Under the pieces are notes generated by a model that was not told the origin of the DNA, made no database searches, and saw nothing but the letters and a program-made list of their open reading frames with translations. From an uncultured Bacteroidales bacterium (lineage in GTDB: Bacteria; Bacteroidota; Bacteroidia; Bacteroidales; TTA-H9), in assembly GCA_964550695.1 (NCBI GenBank), contig CAZKCK010000001.1, positions 7,427-71,426 of the forward strand: a stretch of 64,000 nt of DNA, in the 5' to 3' direction. The number at the start of each line of letters is the position of its first letter. Within the stretch, counting starts at the first letter, position 1. Shown piece by piece: positions 39,083 to 46,955 of this stretch. A program made the translations under genes and the position numbers.

Positions 39083-41227
39083 ATGAATAAACACTATTTC
39101 AGGCTGTTGGTTATATTACTGGTAAGTTGTCCGGTACTGCTTTCAGCTCAAAGCAAGCTATTCACACCCGAAGATGCTTCATACAACAACCCTGCACTTT
39201 ATGCAAAAGGTCTGCAGAACCTGCAATGGATAGGTGAAACCAATGAGTTTACCTTCATCGCCAAAAACTGCCTCGTAAAAGGATCGGCAACATCACCTGT
39301 ACGTGACACAATATTAAGATTGACGCAACTCAATGATTTGCTGGTACAGCAAGGGTTGAAAGCCTCCAAGAGCTTTCCTTCAGTGAAATGGATTGATGCT
39401 GCACATTTTTCGGTTACACGTTCAAATACGATCTTTGTGTTTGATAAGACGGCCAATAAACTTGAAAAAGTGAACTCCTATCCTGAAGACGCAGAAAATG
39501 TGGATGTTGATCCAAAAACATTTAATGTTGCCTTTACACGTTCCAACAATTTATTTATTTCGGTAAATAACAAAGAACAAGCAGTTTCAACCGAAAGCAA
39601 TAAAGAAATTCTATTTGGTTCTGAGCGCGTTCATCGCAATGAGTTTGGAATCACAAAAGGCACTTTCTGGTCAACGGATGGTAAAATGCTGGCTTTTTAC
39701 CGCATGGATGAAACCATGGTTACCAACTATCCGCTTGTTGATATTACGACGCGTATTGCTGAGGTTAAAAATTCAAAATATCCTATGGCCGGAATGACCA
39801 GTCATCAGGTTACTGTTGGAGTATATAATACCGAAAGCGGTGAAGTTATCTATTTAAAAACCGGTGAGCCGGCTGAACAGTATCTTACCAATATTACCTG
39901 GGACCCTAAAAGTGAACATGTATATATTGCAGTTTTAAACCGTGGCCAGAACCATATGAAACTTAATAAATACAGTGTAAAAACCGGTGAACTTGTTAAA
40001 ACGCTTTTTGAAGAAACCAGTGAAAGATACGTGGAACCGGAAAACGAACCGGAATTTCTTCCTTCTGATCCGGCCAGGTTTGTATGGTTAAGTGAACGTG
40101 ATGGTTATAAACATATGTATCTGTACGATACAGCCGGAAATTTGCTGAAGCAGGTTACAAAAGGTGAATGGATGGTGAATCAGATCACAGGATTCAGTTC
40201 AAAACCCGACCTTATTTATTTCAATGCTACCAAAGACAGTCCGCTGCAAAACAACATTTATACAGTAGATATCAGGAAGACTGTGATAACAAGGCTTACG
40301 CCCGAACATGGTACACATACAGGTTATCCGGGATTCAACGGAAAATACTTCATCGACAGCTATTCAAGCACTGATATAGCACGCCGGGTTTTGCTGTATG
40401 ACAACAAAGGTAAAATGCTGCAGGAATTGCTCGAAAACAAGAATCCGGTTGCTGAGTACAAAATGCCGGTGACATCTGTTTTTACGATTAAAAATACTGA
40501 AGGAACCGATCTGTACTGCCGCATGATAACCCCGCCGGACTTTGACAACACGAAAAAATATCCTGTTATTGTATATGTTTATGGAGGACCCCATGCCCAA
40601 CTGATTAACGATTCATGGCTTTCAGGAGCAGGCATATATCTGAATTATCTTGCTCAGAAGGGTTATGTTGTTTTTACACTTGATAACAGGGGTTCTGCCA
40701 ACCGTGGTTTTGAATTTGAAAGTATAATTCACCGCAATTGTGGGAAATATGAGGTTGAAGATCAAATGGCTGGCATAGCATATCTTAAAACTCTGCCCTA
40801 CATCGATGCAGAACGGATTGGTGTGGACGGATGGAGTTACGGTGGATTTATGACAATAAACCTTTTGCTCGAAAATCCGGGTGTGTTTAAAGCGGGTTGT
40901 GCAGGTGGACCGGTTTGTGACTGGAAGTATTACGAAGTAATGTATGGCGAACGTTATATGGATACCCCGGAAGAAAATCCCGATGGTTTTAAAAATGCGA
41001 GCCTGATTGAAAAAGCAGATAAACTTAAAGACAAACTAATGATTATACATTGTACGACCGACCCGGTTGTGGTGTGGCAAAACAGTCTTTCGTTTGTTCA
41101 AAAATGTATAGAAAACGGACAACTAATTGATTACTTTGTATATCCGGGTCATGATCACAATGTGGGAGGTCCTGACCGGGCACACCTGATCCGTAAAATT
41201 GAAGAATATTTCAACCGTAACCTATAA
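39083..41227 (+). CDS. Dipeptidyl-peptidase IV family serine peptidase (S9B)
   Basis: It has a signal peptide and an N-terminal DPPIV beta-propeller region. The C-terminal alpha/beta hydrolase carries the nucleophile motif DGWSYGG and the triad context HCTTDPVV...GHDH. Confidence 0.88.
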   Translation: MNKHYFRLLVILLVSCPVLLSAQSKLFTPEDASYNNPALYAKGLQNLQWIGETNEFTFIAKNCLVKGSATSPVRDTILRLTQLNDLLVQQGLKASKSFPSVKWIDAAHFSVTRSNTIFVFDKTANKLEKVNSYPEDAENVDVDPKTFNVAFTRSNNLFISVNNKEQAVSTESNKEILFGSERVHRNEFGITKGTFWSTDGKMLAFYRMDETMVTNYPLVDITTRIAEVKNSKYPMAGMTSHQVTVGVYNTESGEVIYLKTGEPAEQYLTNITWDPKSEHVYIAVLNRGQNHMKLNKYSVKTGELVKTLFEETSERYVEPENEPEFLPSDPARFVWLSERDGYKHMYLYDTAGNLLKQVTKGEWMVNQITGFSSKPDLIYFNATKDSPLQNNIYTVDIRKTVITRLTPEHGTHTGYPGFNGKYFIDSYSSTDIARRVLLYDNKGKMLQELLENKNPVAEYKMPVTSVFTIKNTEGTDLYCRMITPPDFDNTKKYPVIVYVYGGPHAQLINDSWLSGAGIYLNYLAQKGYVVFTLDNRGSANRGFEFESIIHRNCGKYEVEDQMAGIAYLKTLPYIDAERIGVDGWSYGGFMTINLLLENPGVFKAGCAGGPVCDWKYYEVMYGERYMDTPEENPDGFKNASLIEKADKLKDKLMIIHCTTDPVVVWQNSLSFVQKCIENGQLIDYFVYPGHDHNVGGPDRAHLIRKIEEYFNRNL

Positions 41228-41234
41228 AGTGAAA

Positions 41235-41265
41235 AAGCTGCCCCAATCAGGCAGCTTCTTTTTTT
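41235..41265 (+). terminator. Rho-independent terminator after the S9B peptidase gene
   Basis: The stem aagctgcc/ggcagctt encloses a 7-nt loop and is followed by cttttttt. Confidence 0.8.
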
Positions 41266-41269
41266 CATG

Positions 41270-41342
41270 AGCCACTCATGGGACTCGAACCCACGACCCG
41301 CGCATTACGAATGCGCTGCTCTACCGACTGAGCTAAAGTGGC
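41270..41342 (-). tRNA. tRNA-Thr (anticodon CGT)
   Basis: The reverse complement GCCACTTTAGCTCAGTCGGTAGAGCAGCGCATTCGTAATGCGCGGGTCGTGGGTTCGAGTCCCATGAGTGGCT folds as a 73-nt cloverleaf. The anticodon stem-loop is GCGCA-TTCGTAA-TGCGC and the T-loop is TTCGAGT. Confidence 0.93.
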
Positions 41343-41391
41343 AAACGCGGCTGCAAATATACAAATTTCAGCATTTACCGCATTAAATGTC

Positions 41392-42336
41392 TTATACCAG
41401 TCCTAGTTTACGTGAGATTTCGAGCATTCGTACAATTGGTTTCCTGGCTTCGTCCATCAAAAATGCATCAAGGATTATTTCCGGAGATTCATTTTTAAGG
41501 CATAACCAGAGCTTCTCAAGGGTGTTCAGTTTCATGTAAGGGCAATCATTGCACGAACAGGTTTCGTTGGCAGGAACAACCAGAAACTGCTTCTGAGGTG
41601 ATTCTTTTTTCATCTGAAACAGTATGCCGGTTTCAGAAGCGATAATATATTTCTGACCAGCATCGGTTTTTGTAAACTTTATCATTCCATTGGTCGATCC
41701 GATATAGTCAGAGATTGCAAGAACTGCCGGATTGCATTCAGGATGAGCAACAACCTTAGCATCAGGATGTTCAAGCTTAAGCTTGAGCACACCTTCTGTA
41801 GTCAGTAAATCATGTACCATGCAGGTTCCATCCCATAAAACCATATTCCGCCCGGTCATACGGTTGATATAACCACCGAGGTTTTTGTCAGGTGCGAATA
41901 TAATTTTTTGTGCAGGCGGGAGTGATTCAACAATCTGCAAAGCATTTCCTGACGTACAAATAATATCAGAAAGAGTTTTAATTTCTGCAGTTGAATTTAT
42001 ATAGGTAATTACAAGATGATCAGGATATTGGTTTTTGAATTCCCTGAAACTTTCAGCAGGGCAACTATCTGCCAGACTACATCCCGCATTCAGGTCAGGT
42101 AAAATCACCTTTTTTGAAGGATTCAGTATTTTTGCAGTTTCAGCCATGAAGTGAACCCCGCAAAAAACAATCAGGCTGGCATCAGTCTCTCTTGCTTTTT
42201 GTGAAAGTGCCAGACTGTCACCTTTAAAATCTGCTATTTCCTGAATATCTGAAGTCTGATAATAATGAGCCAGAATAACAGCATTTTTTTCAGCTTTCAG
42301 TTTCGTAATTTCGGCTGAAAAATTCCTGATTGCCAT
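41392..42336 (-). CDS. nadA: Quinolinate synthase
   Basis: The N-terminus is characteristic (...KNAVILAHYYQTSDIQEIADFKGDSLALS). Cluster-ligand contexts are CGVHFMAET, AHPEC and CSCNDCPYMK. Length is 314 aa. Confidence 0.92.
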   Translation of the reverse strand: MAIRNFSAEITKLKAEKNAVILAHYYQTSDIQEIADFKGDSLALSQKARETDASLIVFCGVHFMAETAKILNPSKKVILPDLNAGCSLADSCPAESFREFKNQYPDHLVITYINSTAEIKTLSDIICTSGNALQIVESLPPAQKIIFAPDKNLGGYINRMTGRNMVLWDGTCMVHDLLTTEGVLKLKLEHPDAKVVAHPECNPAVLAISDYIGSTNGMIKFTKTDAGQKYIIASETGILFQMKKESPQKQFLVVPANETCSCNDCPYMKLNTLEKLWLCLKNESPEIILDAFLMDEARKPIVRMLEISRKLGLV

Positions 42337-42389
42337 AATCTCTTTTTTTTTATTAGTATTTATATAAAGATAAGATAAAGAATAATGTC

Positions 42390-42706
42390 TGTTGATAATG
42401 CTGAAAAGTTTATCCTGAAAAATTTGGATATTTCATTATTCACATCTTTTCAACAACAAAACCGGCCACTTGTTAATAACCGGATATTGAAAACCAGCCA
42501 GAATACAGATTTATCAACAACTGTTCATAAACATAACTGTTGGTAAAATTGTGCCGCAAAAATACACTTCCGTTGTTAATGAATTGTGGAAAACTGCTGA
42601 AAAATAATTACAACTTTAAAAAACCACCATCAGAAACCAACAAAACAGATATTTATAAGCAGTTATTCACAATAAAAAATAGTTTTTCACATGATGGTGT
42701 TAATAA
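42390..42706. promoter_or_regulatory. Cluster of DnaA-box-like 9-mers in the AT-rich nadA/rpiB divergent intergenic region (candidate oriC or DnaA-controlled region)
   Basis: - Four matches to TTWTNCACA: TTATTCACA at 42436-42444 (+) and 42663-42671 (+), TTTTTCACA at 42683-42691 (+), and TTTTCCACA at 42585-42593 (-).
- Four variants with A in place of the first C of the CACA core: TTATCAACA at 42390-42398 (-) and 42511-42519 (+), TTATTAACA at 42471-42479 (-) and 42698-42706 (-).
- A nearly pure A/T tract lies alongside at 42341-42388. Confidence 0.45.
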
Positions 42707-42810
42707 GTAAATTTTGCTGAAAAACAGGAATATAGATACAGAAATGATGTTGAAGTATATTATAAACGCTTAATAAATAGACGTCTAAAAATAATTCACG
42801 AATAATGCCG

Positions 42811-42818
42811 TACCTTTG
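42811..42818 (+). promoter_or_regulatory. Bacteroidota -7 promoter box TACCTTTG
   Basis: TAnnTTTG match 19 nt upstream of the rpiB ATG. Confidence 0.5.
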
Positions 42819-42837
42819 TATTTGAAATTTTTCAACA

Positions 42838-43287
42838 ATGTTCACAAAAAGCGAAACTTTGGCATTAGGTTGCGACCATGCCGGATATGAGTTAAAGGAA
42901 TACCTTAAGAACGAGCTTATTGCATCAGGCTTTGATATTGAGGACTTTGGCTCATATAATACTGATAGCGTGGATTATCCGGATATCATACATCCCCTTG
43001 CCAGAAGCATTGAAGCCGGCCGCATAAAAAAGGGCATCATCATTTGTGGTTCCGGAATAGGGGTGTCGCTGGTTGCGAACAAATATCCGAATGTACGTGC
43101 CGCTTTGTGCTGTGATACCGAGCGGGCTGAATTAGCCCGTAAACACAACGATGCGAATGTTTTAGCTTTGGGTGCCCGCTTTACATCGTTTGAGATGGCC
43201 TTAAAAATGGTAAAAGTTTTTCTGGAAACCCCTTTTGAAGGTGGCAGGCATGCCATACGCGTTGAGAAAATAAAAAAACATGAATAG
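42838..43287 (+). CDS. rpiB: Ribose-5-phosphate isomerase B
   Basis: The sequence LALGCDHAGYELKEYL...GIIICGSGIGVSLVANK...NVLALGARF...GGRHAIRVEKI is the typical RpiB/LacAB fold. Length is 149 aa. Confidence 0.9.
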   Translation: MFTKSETLALGCDHAGYELKEYLKNELIASGFDIEDFGSYNTDSVDYPDIIHPLARSIEAGRIKKGIIICGSGIGVSLVANKYPNVRAALCCDTERAELARKHNDANVLALGARFTSFEMALKMVKVFLETPFEGGRHAIRVEKIKKHE

Positions 43288-43310
43288 TAAAGCATTAAAT
43301 AGCAGTTTCA

Positions 43311-44696
43311 ATGACAGATATAGCAACGGAATTTCATAAAGAATCAGGTGAAAAAGCGTTTGATAAAGAACACCGCCGCAAATTAAATTTCAATATCGGG
43401 CGTTATAATGAAAACGTTATCAAAGGAAAAGCCTTTTATTCGAACCTAGAGCTTGCCAAAAAACGTGCCGGCCATATTAAATACAAGGCCATCAACGACC
43501 TTGAAAAACAATTGATTGAATTCGAGGCCAGATTCATTGCACGGGGTGGTAAGGTGCTTTGGGCGCTTGATGCCCAGGATGCCATAAAACAAATTCTGTT
43601 AATTGTTAAAAAGCACGATATCAAGGCCGTAGTCAAATCAAAATCAATGACTACCGAAGAGCTGGATTTGAACGAGGCCCTGAAGGGAAAGAAAATAGAA
43701 TCTCTTGAAACTGATCTTGGCGAATACATTGTTCAGCAGGCAGGGCAAAAACCCTATCATATTTTGACACCCGCAATGCATATGTCAAAAGAAGATGTAG
43801 CGGATTTATTTACTAAAAAGTTTGGATTACACGCAAATGCCAGCCCGGCTGAAATAACAGTTTTTGTTCGCAACCTATTAAGAGACAAATTTATACATGC
43901 GGATGCCGGAATTACGGGAGCCAATTTTCTAATAGCCGATCCCGGGGCAATAGCACTTACTGAAAATGAAGGCAACGGACTGATGTCAGTATCGTTCCCG
44001 AGGGTGCATATTGTGATAGCCGGCATTGAAAAAATAATTCCTTCAATTGAAGATCTGGATCTATTCTGGCCTTTGCTGGCCACACACGGCACAGGCCAAT
44101 ATATAACCGCCTATAATTCAATTATTACGGGGCCACGACAGGAAGGCGAATCCGATGGACCGTTGGATATGTATGTAATACTGCTTGACAACGGCCGCAC
44201 CAACGTACTTGCACATGAGCATCAACGCCAGGCCCTGTCGTGTATCAGATGCGGTGCCTGCCTGAATGCCTGCCCGGTGTATAAAAGTATTGGCGGGCAT
44301 ACATATAATACCACCTATTCAGGTCCGATAGGTTCTGTTATTACTCCGTACATGGAAAATCTCAAAGATTTTAATCACCTGAGTTTTGCATCATCGCTGT
44401 GCGGAAAGTGTACCGAAGTCTGCCCGGTTAAGATTCCTTTGCATGAACTTCTGCTCTTCAACAGACGCGATGCCGTAAGTAAAGGATATGTTTCGTTCAA
44501 TTGGAAAACCGGAATGAAGATGTCAACCAATTTGTTTCGTCACCGCTGGATGATGGACACAGGCGGAGGAATTAAAAATATACTGATGAAATCGTTTGTT
44601 AGCAAGATGTGGGGACCCCGGCGTTCTCTCCCTGAAATACAGCCTAAAAACTTTAAACAGATGTGGGAGGAAGAGCGCGGAAAGGAAAAAAAATAG
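43311..44696 (+). CDS. lutB: LutB/LldF-like iron-sulfur protein (LUD domain plus two 4Fe-4S motifs)
   Basis: It has a LUD/DUF162-type N-terminal region. Ferredoxin motifs are CIRCGACLNACPVY and CGKCTEVCPVKIP. Length is 461 aa. Confidence 0.75.
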   Translation: MTDIATEFHKESGEKAFDKEHRRKLNFNIGRYNENVIKGKAFYSNLELAKKRAGHIKYKAINDLEKQLIEFEARFIARGGKVLWALDAQDAIKQILLIVKKHDIKAVVKSKSMTTEELDLNEALKGKKIESLETDLGEYIVQQAGQKPYHILTPAMHMSKEDVADLFTKKFGLHANASPAEITVFVRNLLRDKFIHADAGITGANFLIADPGAIALTENEGNGLMSVSFPRVHIVIAGIEKIIPSIEDLDLFWPLLATHGTGQYITAYNSIITGPRQEGESDGPLDMYVILLDNGRTNVLAHEHQRQALSCIRCGACLNACPVYKSIGGHTYNTTYSGPIGSVITPYMENLKDFNHLSFASSLCGKCTEVCPVKIPLHELLLFNRRDAVSKGYVSFNWKTGMKMSTNLFRHRWMMDTGGGIKNILMKSFVSKMWGPRRSLPEIQPKNFKQMWEEERGKEKK

Positions 44697-44744
44697 AAGA
44701 CCGGAAAGGAAATTATCATTAATCACCATTTAAATTAAAGTATT

Positions 44745-46805
44745 ATGAAGCAGATAGTTGTTATTATTTTGGTAGCGTTTGCGTTGGCATCATGTCAGCC
44801 CAAAAAACAGAATGCAGGCCTTGACAAGGACAAAAAGCAATTCATTCCCGCTGAGGTTCGGGCCGGGGTTATTGATAGCCTTAAGCAAAAATACGGAGAA
44901 GCAGAGGCTTTCAGAATTGAAAAGGGTGTTGCACAAGTTGCATCGCTCTGGGAAGAAAAGGATGGCAAGCCTGAAGATTTCACGCGCTTTTGCAAACAAA
45001 GTTTTGTAAAGCAGGGTGGAGGACTTGATACTTTATTTAATAAGCTATCGCGAAATTTTGAAATTGTTTGGGGTAACTTTCTGAAAATGAATATAGAACT
45101 GATGGTTCCTCTGCATCTTGATCAGGGAGAAATAACGCCAATCGACGAAAAATTTGGTAGCTTTAATCCTTCAGCACACCTTACCGAAGATTTGTTTCAA
45201 AATCAGGTTGCTTTTATTACCGCACTGAATTTCCCGTTTTATAACCTTGCCGGAAAGGCTGAAAAAGGGAGTTCATGGTCTCCCAAACAATGGTCAGAAG
45301 CCAGAATGGGCGATGTTTTTATTTCACGGGTTCCGGCTGATTTGCAACAAAAATCATCTGATGCCACTACTGCTGCCGATACCTATATTTCTGAATACAA
45401 CATCTGTATGGATAAACTTGTGGATGAAAAAGGATCATCATTATTTCCACAAGACCTTAAACTAATCACACACTGGGGTTTACGTGATGAACTCAAATCA
45501 AATTATAATGGTTCCGATGGGTTGAAAAAACAAGAAATGATTTATGCCGTAATGAAGCGTATCATTGATCAAACCATTCCTTCACAGGTTATAAATAGCC
45601 CACGATACACCTGGGATCCGGTTGCCAATAAAATCAAAGCCGGGGATAAAGAGGAAACAATTCAATCAGAACCAGATACACGCTATGCGATGTTGCTGAA
45701 TAATTTCAGGGCCATGCAGGCCATTGATGCATATTCACCACAATACCCTACGTTTATTCAACGTAAATTTGATGGTGAGATGGAAATTTCGCAGGAAGAA
45801 GTTGAAAAGCTTTTTACAAATTTTGTTTCATCGCCTCAGGTTAAAGACGTGGCAGCAATTATTCAGAAACGTATCGGCAGGGAACTTCGCCCGTTTGATA
45901 TCTGGTACAATGGATTTAAAGCCCAGAGTGGCATCACAGAGGAAGAACTTGATAAAAAAATACGGTCACTTTATCCTTCACCGGCACAATTTCAGGCAGA
46001 TTTACCAAATATAATGAAAAAGCTGGGCTTCAGCAACGAGGATGCATCATTCATCACTTCAAAAATTCAGGTTGATCCAAGCCGTGGAGCCGGACATGCC
46101 CAGGGTGCTGCCATGCGTTCTGAAAAAGCCAGACTGCGTACCCGCATTGCCGGTAACGGAATGAATTACAAGGGGTATAACATAGCCGTTCATGAATTCG
46201 GACACAATGTTGAGCAAACTATCACACTGCATAACGTGTATGATTATATGCTGAACGGGGTTCCCAATACTGCATTTACCGAAGCGCTGGCATTTATTTT
46301 TCAGAAGCGTGACCTTGAATTGCTGGGAATGAAAGAGACCAATACCGATAAAGAAACCATGATGACGCTCGATCACTTCTGGGCCTGTTATGAAATTATG
46401 GGCGTTTCGCTGGTGGATATGAATGTGTGGAAATGGCTTTATGCCCATCCCGATGCTACTCCGGCTCAGTTGAAAGAAGCAGTAATGACCATTTCAAAAG
46501 AAGTATGGAATAAGTATTATGCTGATGTTCTGGGTTCGAAAGACGAAACCATCCTGGCGGTTTATTCTCACATGATTGATGCCCCCTTATACCTTTCGGC
46601 CTATCCGATAGGGCATTTGATTGATTTTCAGATCGAAAAATATCTGATGGGTAAAAATTTCGCAACAGAAGTTAAACGGATTTACAGCTTCGGGCGTGTT
46701 ACACCGCAGGTCTGGATGAAAAATGCAGTAGGGGAGGAGCTTTCAGAAAAACCTTTGCTTGAAGCCACCTCAAAAGCTGTGACAAGTATTAATCAAAAGA
46801 AATAG
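44745..46805 (+). CDS. Lipoprotein, gluzincin-type (M3-like) metallopeptidase
   Basis: The lipobox is FALASC. HEXXH is present as AVHEFGHNVEQ, with a downstream Glu candidate in FTEALAF about 30 residues later. Confidence 0.55.
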   Translation: MKQIVVIILVAFALASCQPKKQNAGLDKDKKQFIPAEVRAGVIDSLKQKYGEAEAFRIEKGVAQVASLWEEKDGKPEDFTRFCKQSFVKQGGGLDTLFNKLSRNFEIVWGNFLKMNIELMVPLHLDQGEITPIDEKFGSFNPSAHLTEDLFQNQVAFITALNFPFYNLAGKAEKGSSWSPKQWSEARMGDVFISRVPADLQQKSSDATTAADTYISEYNICMDKLVDEKGSSLFPQDLKLITHWGLRDELKSNYNGSDGLKKQEMIYAVMKRIIDQTIPSQVINSPRYTWDPVANKIKAGDKEETIQSEPDTRYAMLLNNFRAMQAIDAYSPQYPTFIQRKFDGEMEISQEEVEKLFTNFVSSPQVKDVAAIIQKRIGRELRPFDIWYNGFKAQSGITEEELDKKIRSLYPSPAQFQADLPNIMKKLGFSNEDASFITSKIQVDPSRGAGHAQGAAMRSEKARLRTRIAGNGMNYKGYNIAVHEFGHNVEQTITLHNVYDYMLNGVPNTAFTEALAFIFQKRDLELLGMKETNTDKETMMTLDHFWACYEIMGVSLVDMNVWKWLYAHPDATPAQLKEAVMTISKEVWNKYYADVLGSKDETILAVYSHMIDAPLYLSAYPIGHLIDFQIEKYLMGKNFATEVKRIYSFGRVTPQVWMKNAVGEELSEKPLLEATSKAVTSINQKK

Positions 46806-46871
46806 TGTATAATAACCTGAAAGACAATGCTATTTTAAAAAGGGCAATATTAAGTAATCCTTAAGTTTTAC

Positions 46872-46898
46872 AGGCCGGAACAAATTCCGGCCTTTTTT
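46872..46898 (+). terminator. Rho-independent terminator after the metallopeptidase gene
   Basis: The stem aggccgga/tccggcct encloses a 6-nt loop and is followed by a run of 6 T. Confidence 0.8.
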
Positions 46899-46923
46899 GT
46901 AAATGTCCGGGTGTTTTAGAATG

Positions 46924-46931
46924 TACTTTTG
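46924..46931 (+). promoter_or_regulatory. Bacteroidota -7 promoter box TACTTTTG
   Basis: TAnnTTTG match 24 nt upstream of the ATG at 46956. It overlaps the track's GTG start at 46929, which argues against that start. Confidence 0.5.
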
Positions 46932-46955
46932 TATCAACATTATAAATTTAAAAAC

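Noticed and set aside
42337-42500. Possible NAD+ (nadA-motif) riboswitch in the long nadA leader.
   Set aside because: The region is extremely AT-rich. I saw no conserved GC-paired stems or the tandem-domain layout I associate with that motif, which as I recall is reported from Acidobacteria. The DnaA-box pattern explains the region better. A covariance-model scan (Rfam nadA) would settle it.
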